DNA of 64,000 nt from Candidatus Latescibacterota bacterium (GCA_965243025.1 CBDETY010000003.1:1920001-1984000), one strand, 5' to 3'; shown: positions 10,458-21,304, counted from the stretch's first letter. Numbers and translations are program-made. Notes: generated by a model from the letters alone, not told the origin.

Positions 10458-11657
10458 TCAGGAAACCGGCTCGGTCGACAGCTCGCGCAGGCGGCCGACG
10501 ATCCCGGGGAGCAGCTCGAGACAGCGCGCCACCTCGGCCTCGGTGTTGCCCCATCCCAGGCTGAAGCGCACCGAAGAGGAGGCGAGGCGCGGCTCCAGCC
10601 CCATGGCGAGCAGGACGTGCGAGGGCTCGGGCGCTCCGGAGGTGCATGCCGAGCCGCTGGCAACCGCGATTCCCTCGAGGTCGAGGCCGAGGATTACCGC
10701 CTCCGCCTCGACGCCGCGGAAGGCGGCGTTGCAGGTCCCGGGCAGGCGGCCGGGGTCCCCGCCGGCAGCGGATGCCCCGGCGCTCCTGCCGTTGATCTCG
10801 ACCGCATCCAGGCTCGCGAGAATGCCGGCTTCAAGCTGGTCGCGCAGCCTGCCGACCCGCCGGGCCGGGGTTTCGCCGGGCCCCTGCAGTTCCTCAAGGG
10901 CGAGGGCAGCGGCCGCCCCCAAACCGACGATCCCGGGGACGTTTTCCGTTCCGGCGCGGAGGCCCCCCTCGTGGCCGCCGCCGTGGGCGAGCGGGTGCAG
11001 CGGGGTCCCCGGGCGCACGTAGAGCGCACCCACCCCCTTGGGGCCGTTGATCTTGTGGGCCGAGACCGAAACCAGGTCCGCTCCGAGGTCGGTTGCCCGC
11101 CACGGCAGCTTGCCGAACGACTGCACCGCGTCGCAGTGGAAGAGGCTGCCCCGCTCCCTGGCAGCTGCGGCGATTTCGGCGACCGGCTGCAGGCGCCCGG
11201 TCTCGTTGTTGGCGTGCATGACCGAGACCAGCAGGGTCGCCTCGTCAATCAGCTCACCGACCGCCTCCGGAAGCACGGTGCCCTCGGCGTCGACCGGGGC
11301 GTAGGCGACCTCGACGCCGAGCTCCTGCAGGTGCTCGCAGGCGTGCCATACCGCGTGGTGCTCGATGGAGGAAGTGACGATGCGGCGGCGCCGGCTCCCC
11401 GAAGCGGCTGCCGAGACCACCCCCTTTATCGCCCAGTTGTCCGACTCGGTGCCCCCGCTCGTGAAGCAGACCTCGCCGGGGGCGCAGCCGAGGGCGGCGG
11501 CAACCTGCTCGCGGGCCCTGTCGACGTCCGACCTCGCCCGGCGCCCGGCCGCGTGCAGGCTCGAGGGATTCCCCGCCAGCCCGCCGAGGTGGGGCATCAT
11601 CGCTTCGAGCACCTCCGGCCGCACCGGGGTGGTGGCGTTGTGGTCGAAGTAGATCAC
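10458..11657 (-). CDS. iscS: Cysteine desulfurase (IscS/NifS type)
   Basis: IYFDHNATTP, FTSGGTESDN, HANNETG, SAHKINGPKG, SGSACTS. Confidence 0.92.
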   Translation of the reverse strand: MIYFDHNATTPVRPEVLEAMMPHLGGLAGNPSSLHAAGRRARSDVDRAREQVAAALGCAPGEVCFTSGGTESDNWAIKGVVSAAASGSRRRRIVTSSIEHHAVWHACEHLQELGVEVAYAPVDAEGTVLPEAVGELIDEATLLVSVMHANNETGRLQPVAEIAAAARERGSLFHCDAVQSFGKLPWRATDLGADLVSVSAHKINGPKGVGALYVRPGTPLHPLAHGGGHEGGLRAGTENVPGIVGLGAAAALALEELQGPGETPARRVGRLRDQLEAGILASLDAVEINGRSAGASAAGGDPGRLPGTCNAAFRGVEAEAVILGLDLEGIAVASGSACTSGAPEPSHVLLAMGLEPRLASSSVRFSLGWGNTEAEVARCLELLPGIVGRLRELSTEPVS

Positions 11658-11658
11658 G

Positions 11659-12867
11659 TCAGTTGGGTTGAACCTCGAAGGAGACGGCGCGCACCAGAAC
11701 CGGGGCCGCGTAATGGATCTCCGGCAGGCTCTCGAAGGTCTCCCCTTTTATGGTGAATATCTCGGAGCGGCCGCTTTCGATCTCTCCGGCGCGCAGCACC
11801 TCTACCGGGGGCGAACCTTCGAGCTGGTTGCGCAGGAAATCCGCGAGCATGACATCGACCTGGTCGATGCCCTGGAAGCGGTTGAGCTGGCCGTTTTTCA
11901 CGAGCTCGGCGATCTCCTCGAAGAGGTCTTCGCGGCGCTCACTCTCCAGGTCCTCGGCAACCGCGAAATAGAGGGTGTACACCTCGTTCCCCCCGAGGTC
12001 GATCCATTCCTCTTCGCCGGGACCGTACTGCAGGCGGGCACCGTACACGCGGTCCCCGGAGAAGATCCCCTGCCGCTCTCCGCTCGAGAGCTGCAGGAAA
12101 GCCCAGACAGCGCAGGTCCTGCTGACCCGGAACCGCAACTGCAACTGGTCGCCGCCGCGCAAGACCGCACCCTCGCTCAATTCCACCAGCTGCGGGAACT
12201 CTCCCTCGACACGCCGCACCAGCAGGTGGAGATCGACGTCGGCGGCGAAGTCGGATACCTCTGCCTCGCCGTCGCTTCCCCGCAGCGCCGCCAGGGCGCC
12301 CCCGCGGCGGTCCAGCTCTCCTTCCGACACCCGGCCCCCGACGCTGCGCAGAACGGTGCCGTCGGTGCGGTCGACGAGCACCAGGCGCAGGTACGCCCAG
12401 GGGGGTTCGTAGCGCACCTGTCCCCCGAGCAGCCTCGGGGCATCCAGCTCCTCCCAGTTGCGGGGCAGGAGAGATTCCATCGACCAGCGCAAGGCGGGCT
12501 CCCCCCTCAGCTCTTCGAGGAGTCCCACGTCCGGGGCGACCGGCATGTCGAGGGACAGGGCCGCCGACACCAGGGCCTCGTCGAGGGTCTCGGTGCGCAG
12601 GGTGCGCTTGCCGTCGGCGTCGCGAAAGCCGACCAGGGCCACCCGCGAGTCCGCCGGCAGCGCGGCCGCCATCCCCGACACCATGTTCCCCAGAACCTCC
12701 CCCACCTCTTCCACTCGGGGTTTCCCTGCGAAGAAGCCGCACCCGCACCAGCCCAGGACCGCGACCCCGGCCAGGGCCGCGCCGGCCGCGGCCCCGGGCA
12801 ATCCGAATCGCCGGGACCTGGGAGCGAGGTACGTGCGGGGGGGCTTTTTGGCAGAACCGAAAATCAT
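11659..12867 (-). CDS. Hypothetical membrane-anchored protein (FlgO-like N-domain, DUF4384-like C-domain)
   Basis: N-terminal hydrophobic segment; GAVLRGGDQLQLRF resembles DUF4384. Confidence 0.55.
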   Translation of the reverse strand: MIFGSAKKPPRTYLAPRSRRFGLPGAAAGAALAGVAVLGWCGCGFFAGKPRVEEVGEVLGNMVSGMAAALPADSRVALVGFRDADGKRTLRTETLDEALVSAALSLDMPVAPDVGLLEELRGEPALRWSMESLLPRNWEELDAPRLLGGQVRYEPPWAYLRLVLVDRTDGTVLRSVGGRVSEGELDRRGGALAALRGSDGEAEVSDFAADVDLHLLVRRVEGEFPQLVELSEGAVLRGGDQLQLRFRVSRTCAVWAFLQLSSGERQGIFSGDRVYGARLQYGPGEEEWIDLGGNEVYTLYFAVAEDLESERREDLFEEIAELVKNGQLNRFQGIDQVDVMLADFLRNQLEGSPPVEVLRAGEIESGRSEIFTIKGETFESLPEIHYAAPVLVRAVSFEVQPN

Positions 12868-13142
12868 GATTTCCAGCAAGTTGCCGCAGTGCCTGAGAGC
12901 ATCGGGGCCCGGGCAAGGATCGAGTCAGAGGGAACCCATTCGGGAAGATCGAACACCCGTTGGTCGCTGCCGTGAATATAACATTCCGGCCGCTCCGGCA
13001 GCGGGCCAGGGTCCGGTCCCCGGGTTCCGGCGGCGAAACCGCAGCTCACGCAACAGAGCGAGTCCCGATCGACCAGGTCTTGCCTCCGGGGACACCCGGG
13101 GCCTGCGAGGAAACCGGGTGAGGTCCGGATGGAAAGGCGGAA

Positions 13143-14858
13143 CTACCGCTCGAGTTTCCGCAGGACCGGCAGGAAGTACTCTCCGGCCACCCTTTCCCAG
13201 CTCATCCGCGAGGCGATCTCGTACCCCCTGCGCAGGTTTTCCGCGAGCCTGCCCTCCGCCCCCTGAAGCAGGTCGGCGAGCTGCCGGGCGGCCTGGCGGC
13301 TGCGAACCGCCTCTGCCCGGCGCCGGGCCTCTGCTCCGATCTCCAGGGCGTCGGCGAGGGAGGGTTTCCGGTCCAGGCGGGTGTAGTCGGCGCGGATGTA
13401 CCCCCTTCCGGCCCCGCCATCGCCGGCGCTGGCCCGCAGAAACCCCAGGCAGCCGCAGACATCGCTGACGACGCTTGTGCTCCCGAAGCCGATCGGCTCG
13501 ATCTGGGCTATCCCGAACGGCTCGTAGATCGACTGCCCGAACTCGGCGTCGCTTCCGTGCCGAAGGTCGGAGAAACCGATGCCCGGCATGCCCCCGCCCC
13601 AGGCGTCCGGAGCGATACCGAACTGGTTGACGAACACCACCTTGACGGCGCGCGAGCGGGCGTTGAAACGGCGCACCTGGCGGTCGAAATCCTCTTCGCC
13701 GCCGGCGAGGTCGGGAAACCCCTCGCGGTGAACGAGGGGCCATCCGTACCCCGCGGCCATGCGCCTCACGGCCTCCGGCTCCCGGCGGCCGGCCGCGGTC
13801 GCCAGCACGACCAGCACGGCGCTGCGGCCGCGCCGGACCAGAAGGTCGTCGAGGGCCCGGCAGACCAGCAGGTCCCGCCACAGCCCCTTGCTCTGCACCA
13901 GTCTCGAAACGTGGGTGAGGACGTAGTCGGGCCGGAAACCGAGAAGCCGCTCCGCGAACCGGGCGAGCGCCGCCCGCGCCGACTTCCGGTCCCCGGGGGA
14001 GATCTCCTCGGCCTCGACGCCGTTGTACACCAGCGCGGGCGGGCCGGAGCGGAACTCGCCGCCGAGGAAAGCGAGCTCACGCATCACCAGATCCCCCACC
14101 GCCAGGACCCTGTCGCAGCGCCAGGCGCGGCGCACCAGGGCGTGCTTGAAGTAGCCGTCCTGGCTGCCGAAGACCTCCTCGAGTCCGGCACCGGTTTCCG
14201 AGGCCGCGGCGAGGGCGTTGTAGAACATCACGTCCTGCCCGGGTGACCCCTCGATAATCCGGCGCACCGTCGCCACCTCGTGGGCGTGGAAAAGAGTGGT
14301 GAAGCGGGGGTCGGCGGAAAGAATCGACTTGAATGCAGTGGGCAGGCCCATGAATTCGTGCGCCACCACACTACACGGGGTCGGCGCCCGAACCAGGCGG
14401 GAAACCGCGTCGAACGCCGGGCCGGCAAGGCGCACGTACTGCTCGTATTCCGGATCGGCCTCGTAGCGGTCCGAGGTCAGCCCGAAGCGCCTGAAGAGCT
14501 CGTGCTTGAATCCCCCCAACCTCTCTGGCGGGGTGGTCACGTCGACCAGAACCACCTCAACCGCAACCCCGGGAGCGAGCGGCCGCCGCCCGTACACCAG
14601 GCGCACCCCGTGCTCCCTCTCGACCTCCTCCAGGGCCCTTGCGGCCGCCGGGTCCCCGACCCCGGAGATGCGGTCGTAGAGCAGCACTCCCCGCGGCCCG
14701 AGCGGTTGCGCCGACGATGGATCGAACAGCGGTCCCACCAGGATGGAGCGCTCCACCGACTCGCGGTACGCCCGGCTTGTCAGCAGGCCCTGCAGGACAG
14801 CCCCGATGCCGCCGACTTTCTCGACCGCCTCGTGGGTTACGTGGGCGATGACCGTCAC
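13143..14858 (-). CDS. GT-B glycosyltransferase, glycogen synthase (GT3)-like
   Basis: HEAVEKVGGIGAVL (cf. KVGGI motif), AHEFMG, SIYEPFGIAQIE. Confidence 0.75.
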   Translation of the reverse strand: MTVIAHVTHEAVEKVGGIGAVLQGLLTSRAYRESVERSILVGPLFDPSSAQPLGPRGVLLYDRISGVGDPAAARALEEVEREHGVRLVYGRRPLAPGVAVEVVLVDVTTPPERLGGFKHELFRRFGLTSDRYEADPEYEQYVRLAGPAFDAVSRLVRAPTPCSVVAHEFMGLPTAFKSILSADPRFTTLFHAHEVATVRRIIEGSPGQDVMFYNALAAASETGAGLEEVFGSQDGYFKHALVRRAWRCDRVLAVGDLVMRELAFLGGEFRSGPPALVYNGVEAEEISPGDRKSARAALARFAERLLGFRPDYVLTHVSRLVQSKGLWRDLLVCRALDDLLVRRGRSAVLVVLATAAGRREPEAVRRMAAGYGWPLVHREGFPDLAGGEEDFDRQVRRFNARSRAVKVVFVNQFGIAPDAWGGGMPGIGFSDLRHGSDAEFGQSIYEPFGIAQIEPIGFGSTSVVSDVCGCLGFLRASAGDGGAGRGYIRADYTRLDRKPSLADALEIGAEARRRAEAVRSRQAARQLADLLQGAEGRLAENLRRGYEIASRMSWERVAGEYFLPVLRKLER

Positions 14859-14868
14859 AGGGGACCCC

Positions 14869-16995
14869 TCACTTGAGGACCATCATCTTGCCCGCCCGAC
14901 CAAAATCCCCCGCCTGCAGGCGAAATAAATACAACCCGCTGGCAACCAGCCCTCCCCCCTGATCCCGCCCGTCCCAGTAAGCGGCGCGGGAGGTGCCCAG
15001 GTATGAGCCGGCAGGTTGGCGCCCCAGGTCCAGCGTCCGGATCAGCGCCCCCCGAACATCGTAGATGCGGATGCGCACCCGGGCCGGGCGGTGCAATCGA
15101 TAGGGGATCCAGGTTTCCGGCTTGAAGGGATTGGGATAGTTGGCCAGCAAGGCCGTCCGTTCCGGCTGCGTGGTGGAAGGCCGGACCGCCGTCGATTCGT
15201 CCGGGGGAGAGACGCGGGTCTGAAGGATTGCCCATGGTCCCAGAAAAGGGATTTCAAAAACAGTCAGCCCGTTTCCGGTAGAAAAATTCACCTTCACCGG
15301 ACCGGCCAGGGGAGCGAACAGGGTAGCTGATTCGACGCGGTTTGAAAAAGCTTCACTGACGGAGACCGTGAAATCCGAGTAATGAATAATTCCGTTCTCA
15401 GCCCGGGAATAGCTGCTGTTGACCAGGTGAAAGACCTTCTCCGTTCCGCTTTTTTCGCGTGGAATCACTGATACATTGCCGTTACCCACCGACACCTCGA
15501 TGGACCTTGGAATCAGCGACCACAGACCGTCCAGAAGAGCGAGGTGAACCGTCTTGTCCGCATACCTGTTGAACAGGTTCTTCTCTTCCCGGTTCAAATA
15601 CTGGAAATCGTCGGTAATGACGATGGCTTCGAGTCCGGCCAGTTGAGCCTCGTCAACAGGCCGTTCGTACAAATCGTCCCCCACAAAGATGAGCTCGAAG
15701 GGAATGTTGTTTTCGACCAGTGCAACTACAGCATTTTCGCTGACAGCCTTTCCATAACGGCTGCCAAGGTGGCTGTAGAGCAACCCGACTTCCGCCATCG
15801 TTTCGTAGCCCTCGAACAGCTCCCTGTTGTCGCGGACAAAGTCATACATATACAGGAATTCCGCCGGATCCGGATCATAGAACCCTGGATTGGTCCATTG
15901 CCGGATCGGAACCAGGAAGATGGTGCCGTTTGCATAGGCCTGTGCGATCCAGGTTCGGGCCAGAGCTTCGGCGCCGCCATCCTGAATATCGAGCCACTGG
16001 CGGGGGCCTGCGGTTATCATCGACGGCTTTCCAACGGCATCACCGATCTTGTATCCGAGCACGGTTTCATGCCTGAATTGGAGCGAGGAGATCCAGTAAT
16101 TCACTCCCTCGGCAACAAAACCGTCGATTTCGGGAATGTAGGTCGTGTGCCGGACCTGGGATGGGTCACTCGAGGACAGGAACGGCATGCTTTTACCGGC
16201 GTGCGCGTCTGCATGGTCAGCGATAACCTTGTGAGCCTCGTTGATTGCACGGTAATGGTAAACGAGGAAGTCGCCGAAAAGCGGAATCGCCGCAGCGGGA
16301 CCTTTCCAGGCCTGGTTTTTATAGGAATCGAGGGTCCAGTTCCTGTCCAGGAGGAATTGCCGGTAGCTGAAGGTATCGATATCCTGAATACCCATATCAC
16401 TCAGCTCGGCCATGGAGTACCCGGCTTTCATGAACTCGCGGAAGCCGAGGGTGCAATGCCGACAGAAGCAGGCGCCCTGATTGATGTTGTCGGCCGAGTT
16501 GCGCTGCAGGTCCACTGAAATGAAATCCGCCCCTGCGTCGACGGCGACCTCCGCCCGCAGGTTCATTCCATCGCGGACCCTGGGGGAATTGGAGCAGAAA
16601 CGCTGGTTTCCGTTCCATGGGAAAACCTGAACCGTCCCGTCCAACAGAACGACGGCGTGATCGTCGACCTCCTCCCCGAAACTTTCGATGTATTCGTTCA
16701 TCTCCCAGGTCTGGTAATCAAAGGGCAGGCGGGCCATTACTCTCAATCCATCTCCCTGGGCTGCAGCCACCTCTGCCTTGAAGGTCCTGATCTGGTCGAC
16801 TTCCCCGCTATCGAAGGGAACCGGAATCACCGGAACCTGTGAGTAAGCCTGCCCGTCCGGACCATAAAGTTTTTCCGTTTCACCCCAGGACTTGGTCCAG
16901 ACGTCCGAATAGTTGAGCAACTGGGCGTTGACAAGGCTCCCCGTTGAAGCCACGAAGAACAGTACCCGCAGATCCAGCCATCTTCCATTCTTCAA
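14869..16995 (-). CDS. Secreted putative glycoside hydrolase-like protein with C-terminal FlgD/sorting-type domain
   Basis: Signal-like N-terminus, CFCRHC motif, tail TALLANYPNPFKPETWIPY...WDGRD...SGLY; start uncertain. Confidence 0.65.
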   Translation of the reverse strand: MKNGRWLDLRVLFFVASTGSLVNAQLLNYSDVWTKSWGETEKLYGPDGQAYSQVPVIPVPFDSGEVDQIRTFKAEVAAAQGDGLRVMARLPFDYQTWEMNEYIESFGEEVDDHAVVLLDGTVQVFPWNGNQRFCSNSPRVRDGMNLRAEVAVDAGADFISVDLQRNSADNINQGACFCRHCTLGFREFMKAGYSMAELSDMGIQDIDTFSYRQFLLDRNWTLDSYKNQAWKGPAAAIPLFGDFLVYHYRAINEAHKVIADHADAHAGKSMPFLSSSDPSQVRHTTYIPEIDGFVAEGVNYWISSLQFRHETVLGYKIGDAVGKPSMITAGPRQWLDIQDGGAEALARTWIAQAYANGTIFLVPIRQWTNPGFYDPDPAEFLYMYDFVRDNRELFEGYETMAEVGLLYSHLGSRYGKAVSENAVVALVENNIPFELIFVGDDLYERPVDEAQLAGLEAIVITDDFQYLNREEKNLFNRYADKTVHLALLDGLWSLIPRSIEVSVGNGNVSVIPREKSGTEKVFHLVNSSYSRAENGIIHYSDFTVSVSEAFSNRVESATLFAPLAGPVKVNFSTGNGLTVFEIPFLGPWAILQTRVSPPDESTAVRPSTTQPERTALLANYPNPFKPETWIPYRLHRPARVRIRIYDVRGALIRTLDLGRQPAGSYLGTSRAAYWDGRDQGGGLVASGLYLFRLQAGDFGRAGKMMVLK

Positions 16996-17250
16996 ACTCA
17001 ATCCTTCAGGCTGTTGTGTTATTCGTAAAATGAGCCTTACCAGTAAACGTTGAGCAATCGAAACCATATCTTTCAACCCGCTCACCATTCCCGCGACAAG
17101 GCCACTCCGTGTCGGAATGGGTGGCTGCCCCCGGGCGGAGGTGAGCCTGGCCGGCGGGAGTTTGCCGTGAGATCGAACCATCTTCCGGGCGCTTTCCCGC
17201 AAAAGACGGCCGGCGCCCTCCGCAATCCGCCCCATTGTTGAAAATCATTC

Positions 17251-19383
17251 ATGGGAAAGCAGATAGCCTCCCCCCACCGCGAGCACCTCGAATCGCGGTC
17301 CGAGCCGGTCCAGTCCGGGCACCACCTCACCTGGCGTGGATTCTGGGTCGGGAGCTTTCTCAGCTTTTTCCTGGCGATCGGGGCGCCCTACGGCAACATG
17401 ATCCTGAAGGGCGACTACCTCGCCCTCGACATCAGCACCCCGGGCGCCATTTTTCTCTTCCTCCTGCTGATCGGGCTGCTCAACTTCCTCTTCAAGCTCG
17501 CTGCCCGCGGCAGGGGCACCGCCCTGGTTTTCGCCCTGGGTGCCGTCGCGGCCTGGTTCCTCGTCTACTGGCCCCCGACCGGCCTCGACCCGCTTTCCCC
17601 CGGGCTGATCTTCTCGACCTTCCTGCTGGTCTGCGCCCTGGCGAACCTGCCGGTGACCTGGGCCGGCCGCAGCCTCGCCCTCAACCGGGGAGAGCTGATC
17701 ATGGTCTACGCCATGCTGGCGATGGTCTCGGCCGTCTGCACCATGGGCCTGATCGAGCAGCTCCTGCCCACCCTGACCGCCATCTTCTATTACGCCTCCC
17801 CCGAGAACCAGTGGCGGGAGAAGCTCTTCCCCGTCTTCCCCGAGCGGAACGTCCTCGTCGACGACGGGGCGGGCAACGCCGCTTTCTTCGAGGGTGTCTC
17901 CAGACCCGGGCAGGAGATTCCCTACGGCGCCTGGGCCGAGCCGCTGGCCTGGTGGGCGGTGTTCCTGCTCGCCCTCTACGTCTGCACCATCTCGATGGCG
18001 GTGATCCTGCGGCGCCAGTGGATGGAGCGGGAGCGGCTGGCCTATCCCATCGCCCAGGCAGGCCTGGCCATGATCCGCGGCGAGGAGGCCGGCAGCCTGG
18101 TCAACAGCTTCTTCAGGCAGCCCATGGTGCTGATCGGCATGGCCGTCCCTTTCATCGCAGGCGGCATAAGGGGCCTGTCCCACTACTTCCCCTCGATTTC
18201 CCTGCCGGCGCTGTCGGTTCCCCTGCCGTTCACGAGCGGCAACGTCAACTACGCCCTCGTCGGGTTCTCCTACCTGATCGACACGAGGATATCGGCCGGC
18301 GTCTGGGTGTTCTTCCTGCTGGCCAGGCTCGAGAAGGCCGCCCTCAGGCTCTGGGGCATCAAGTCGGACCAGGTGCATTTCCACGGGGTGAGCGACTCCC
18401 CCCTGGTCGGGTACCAGGGCCTCGGCGCCCTGCTCGTGCTCGTGCTGGCGGGGCTGTGGACCGGCCGCGAGCACCTGAAAGCGGTCTGGAACAAGGCCCT
18501 GGGCCGGGCGACTGACGTCGACGACAGCGACGAGATCCTCCCCTACCGCGGCGCCGTGGCCGGGACCCTCGGCGGGGCCGCGGTCATGACCGCCTGGCTG
18601 GCGATCATGGGGACGCCGTTGTGGGTCTCGTTTGTCTTCGTCGTCACCGCCCTGCTGATCTTCACCGGGGTTTCGCGGATAATAGCCGAGGCCGGGCTCG
18701 CGACCCTGCGGGCCCCGGTCAACGCCCCGGACTTCGTCGTCATGGGGCTGGGGTCGGCCCTGGTCGGCCCCACCGGAGTGTTAAACCTCTCCCTCGCCTA
18801 CATCTGGGGCTCGGAGGTGCGCGCCTTCGCCATGGCGACCTGCACCAACGCCCTCAAGCTGATCGAGGAGATGGATTCCTCCGCCCGCCGGCTGGTCTCG
18901 CGCGCCCTCCTCCTCGCCCTGCTGATCGGGGCCTTGGGCTCCTTCTGGATGACCTTCCACATGGCCTACCGCCACGGCGGCGTCAATCTCGACGGGTGGT
19001 TCTTCAAGGCCGGACCGGGAGTGGCCTACGACCACGCGGCGAGGAACCTCGAGCCGGCGGGAATCTACTGGCCCGGAATGGGCTTCCTCCTGGGCGGGGG
19101 CGGCGCCATGGCCCTGCTGATGCTGGCCCGGCAGCGCCTCTCCTGGTGGCCGCTGCATCCGGTCGGCTTTCCGGTGGCGGCGACCAACCTGATGAATGGG
19201 GTGGTCACCAGCGTCTTCCTCGCCTGGACGGCCAAGGTTCTCGTCCTCAGGTTCGGTGGCGCCTCGGGGTACCGCCGCAGCCGGGGTCTGTTTCTCGGGA
19301 TGATCGCCGGCCAGATGCTCGCCATCGGCCTCTGGCTCGTCGTCGGCTACTTCACCGGCGCGGTGGGAAACCGGGTCTTTTGA
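17251..19383 (+). CDS. Polytopic membrane transporter (DUF6785/DUF6784, OPT-like)
   Basis: Many TM helices; RRQWMERERLAYPI, RIIAEAG, WWPLHPVGF. Confidence 0.8.
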   Translation: MGKQIASPHREHLESRSEPVQSGHHLTWRGFWVGSFLSFFLAIGAPYGNMILKGDYLALDISTPGAIFLFLLLIGLLNFLFKLAARGRGTALVFALGAVAAWFLVYWPPTGLDPLSPGLIFSTFLLVCALANLPVTWAGRSLALNRGELIMVYAMLAMVSAVCTMGLIEQLLPTLTAIFYYASPENQWREKLFPVFPERNVLVDDGAGNAAFFEGVSRPGQEIPYGAWAEPLAWWAVFLLALYVCTISMAVILRRQWMERERLAYPIAQAGLAMIRGEEAGSLVNSFFRQPMVLIGMAVPFIAGGIRGLSHYFPSISLPALSVPLPFTSGNVNYALVGFSYLIDTRISAGVWVFFLLARLEKAALRLWGIKSDQVHFHGVSDSPLVGYQGLGALLVLVLAGLWTGREHLKAVWNKALGRATDVDDSDEILPYRGAVAGTLGGAAVMTAWLAIMGTPLWVSFVFVVTALLIFTGVSRIIAEAGLATLRAPVNAPDFVVMGLGSALVGPTGVLNLSLAYIWGSEVRAFAMATCTNALKLIEEMDSSARRLVSRALLLALLIGALGSFWMTFHMAYRHGGVNLDGWFFKAGPGVAYDHAARNLEPAGIYWPGMGFLLGGGGAMALLMLARQRLSWWPLHPVGFPVAATNLMNGVVTSVFLAWTAKVLVLRFGGASGYRRSRGLFLGMIAGQMLAIGLWLVVGYFTGAVGNRVF

Positions 19384-19409
19384 CGGAACCGGGGGACCTG
19401 CCCCGGGCC

Positions 19410-21106
19410 TCACCGGGGAAACGCCAGCGTCGGCCGCCTGACTAAGCGCCTCATCCCCAGTTCCAGGCGAATGCGCATGCCGGGAGGCAGGCCGATCTCG
19501 ACTGTCGACCCGTTGACCGCGATCCCCTGCCGGTCACCGTCGGCCGCGGCTTCGGTGAACTCGTGCTCCCGCATTCCTCCGGCCTGGACCAGCACCCGTC
19601 GATGCTCCCCCCCGAGGTTCACCAGGGTCACATCGGTCCTGTCCGCAGTCATTCCCGACACGAGCGCGGCCACGCCGGGAGGCAGGCCCGGACGCCGGCG
19701 CTGCGCGTCGAAGTGGCGCAGCCGCGAAACCAGCAGGCCCCCGTTGTAGTGAGGCAGCGGCGCCCCGAGGGTGAGCTGCACCAGGCCCTCGCAGGTGACG
19801 GGGTTGCGGCGCTGGAAATAGGCGTCCGAGTACTGCGCCGGATCCTCCTCGTCCTGCTCCATGAACTCCAGGCGCGCCCGCACCTGGGAGAGGTTGTGCT
19901 CGAGAATCCGCTCGGGATACCCGTCGAAATCCCCGTGCAGCCAGGCCAGCCACCCCCAGTCGTGCCCCCCCTGGTCCTTGGTGTGGTGCCAGGAGTCGAG
20001 GGCGAACGGGTCGCCGCTCCTCCTGCGGGTCCGCTCGAACCGCTGCGTATCCCCCGGGCTCATCGACATGCACCAGAGATGGGCGATGTCGGACGGATAC
20101 ATCGGCATGAACTCGAACCAGCCGTCCCGCTGCAGGGCGGTGCCGTCCTCGTTCCGGATCGGGTACTGCATCCAGGCCCCCGGCTCGAAGGAGACTCTGC
20201 CAGGGTCGTCGTACTTGTGGGGCACGTAGAGCTGGTCGTCCCGCTCGATGCCGCGCGCGATCAGTTGGTCGATCTGCGACCTCGGGAAATCCATGTACCC
20301 GAGGTCTCCCGTGAGCAGGGCGGCGTTCTGGGCCGCCACCCCGACAGCCTGCCCGACGCTGTGCCACCCGTGGGGCCAGGCCCAGCCGTAGCTCGCCCCG
20401 TACCACTTGCCGTCGATGTGCTCGCCGACCTCTCCGGACAGGCCGACGTTGTCGGGGACAATGCCGCCGTTGGCCGCGGCGCGCTCGATCCATGCCCCGG
20501 TGTACTCCAGGACCCACTCGCGGTACTTCTCCTCACCCGTCAGCAGGAAGGCGTTGGCGGCAAGGCCGGTCGCCAGAAGGTTTACGACCGCATCCCCCCG
20601 GCCCTGGCGGTCCCGCATCGCCCGGCCGAGCCGCTCCGGAAGCGCCGGATCCCCGCTCACCGCCTCGTGGCTGGTGCATCCCGGCACGTCGTAGAAGGGC
20701 AGGTTGTACCCCTGCCAGGGCCAGTAGGGGCTGTCCTCGAAGGTCGAGAAGGCCGGTCCCATGCTGCCGTTCCGGGCGCAGCGGATGATTCGCTTTTCCC
20801 GGTCGTAGTTGGGGGCCTCCGGATCCTCGCCGAGGAACAGCCCGGCGAAGCGGCGGGCGCGCTCGAGGTTGGCGGCGTTGCCCGGGTCGGCGGCGCAGAG
20901 CATGTAGAACAGGTGGTTCCCCTCCCCCTGGTGGAACCAGTCGTACCCCGGCTGGTACTCCTTGACCACCATGGGGTAGCCGTAACCGCTGCCGTGGCGG
21001 CTCATGGTCCCGGTGACGGCCTCGAACCCCCGCCGGCCGTCGGTCAGGAAGCGGTCGCTGCCGCCGAGCAGGTAGAAGAGCGGCCAGTTGTGGAAGCTCT
21101 CGTAGC
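19410..21106 (-). pseudogene. Conserved hypothetical protein, 5'-truncated by the island insertion
   Basis: GC-rich coding sequence begins abruptly at YESFHNWPLFYLLGG; upstream sequence switches to AT-rich DNA starting GGGAATTAT; no native start or RBS. Confidence 0.75.
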
Positions 21107-21171
21107 GGGAATTATACAGATAACTGCGCAAGGGAATTTAAGTGATCTCATCCGCGAATTTAAAGAAAATC

Positions 21172-21180
21172 TGGTATAAT
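21172..21180 (+). promoter_or_regulatory. Extended -10 promoter (TGnTATAAT) pointing into the non-coding repeat block
   Basis: TGGTATAAT exact consensus in an AT-rich stretch. Confidence 0.55.
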
Positions 21181-21304
21181 TTAGTAGAGAAATTGCAGAG
21201 AAACGGACATCCTTCGTCCCACTGTTTAGCTGTGGGATGGGGGATGTCGACTGGCTGGCAATTCCACATGATTGCCTGCTGACCCGGAAACCTGCCAGAA
21301 TGGC

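Noticed and set aside
12900-13140. Possible ncRNA in a GC-rich intergenic gap
   Set aside because: No tRNA, SRP, tmRNA or riboswitch signature recognised; hairpins are expected at this GC content
41-21179. Many long overlapping ORFs (e.g. 678..1982 -, 1223..2116 +, 11668..12975 +, 17235..18515 +, 19563..21179 +)
   Set aside because: Shadow or antisense frames of GC-rich genes: Arg/Pro/Gly-rich with no motifs
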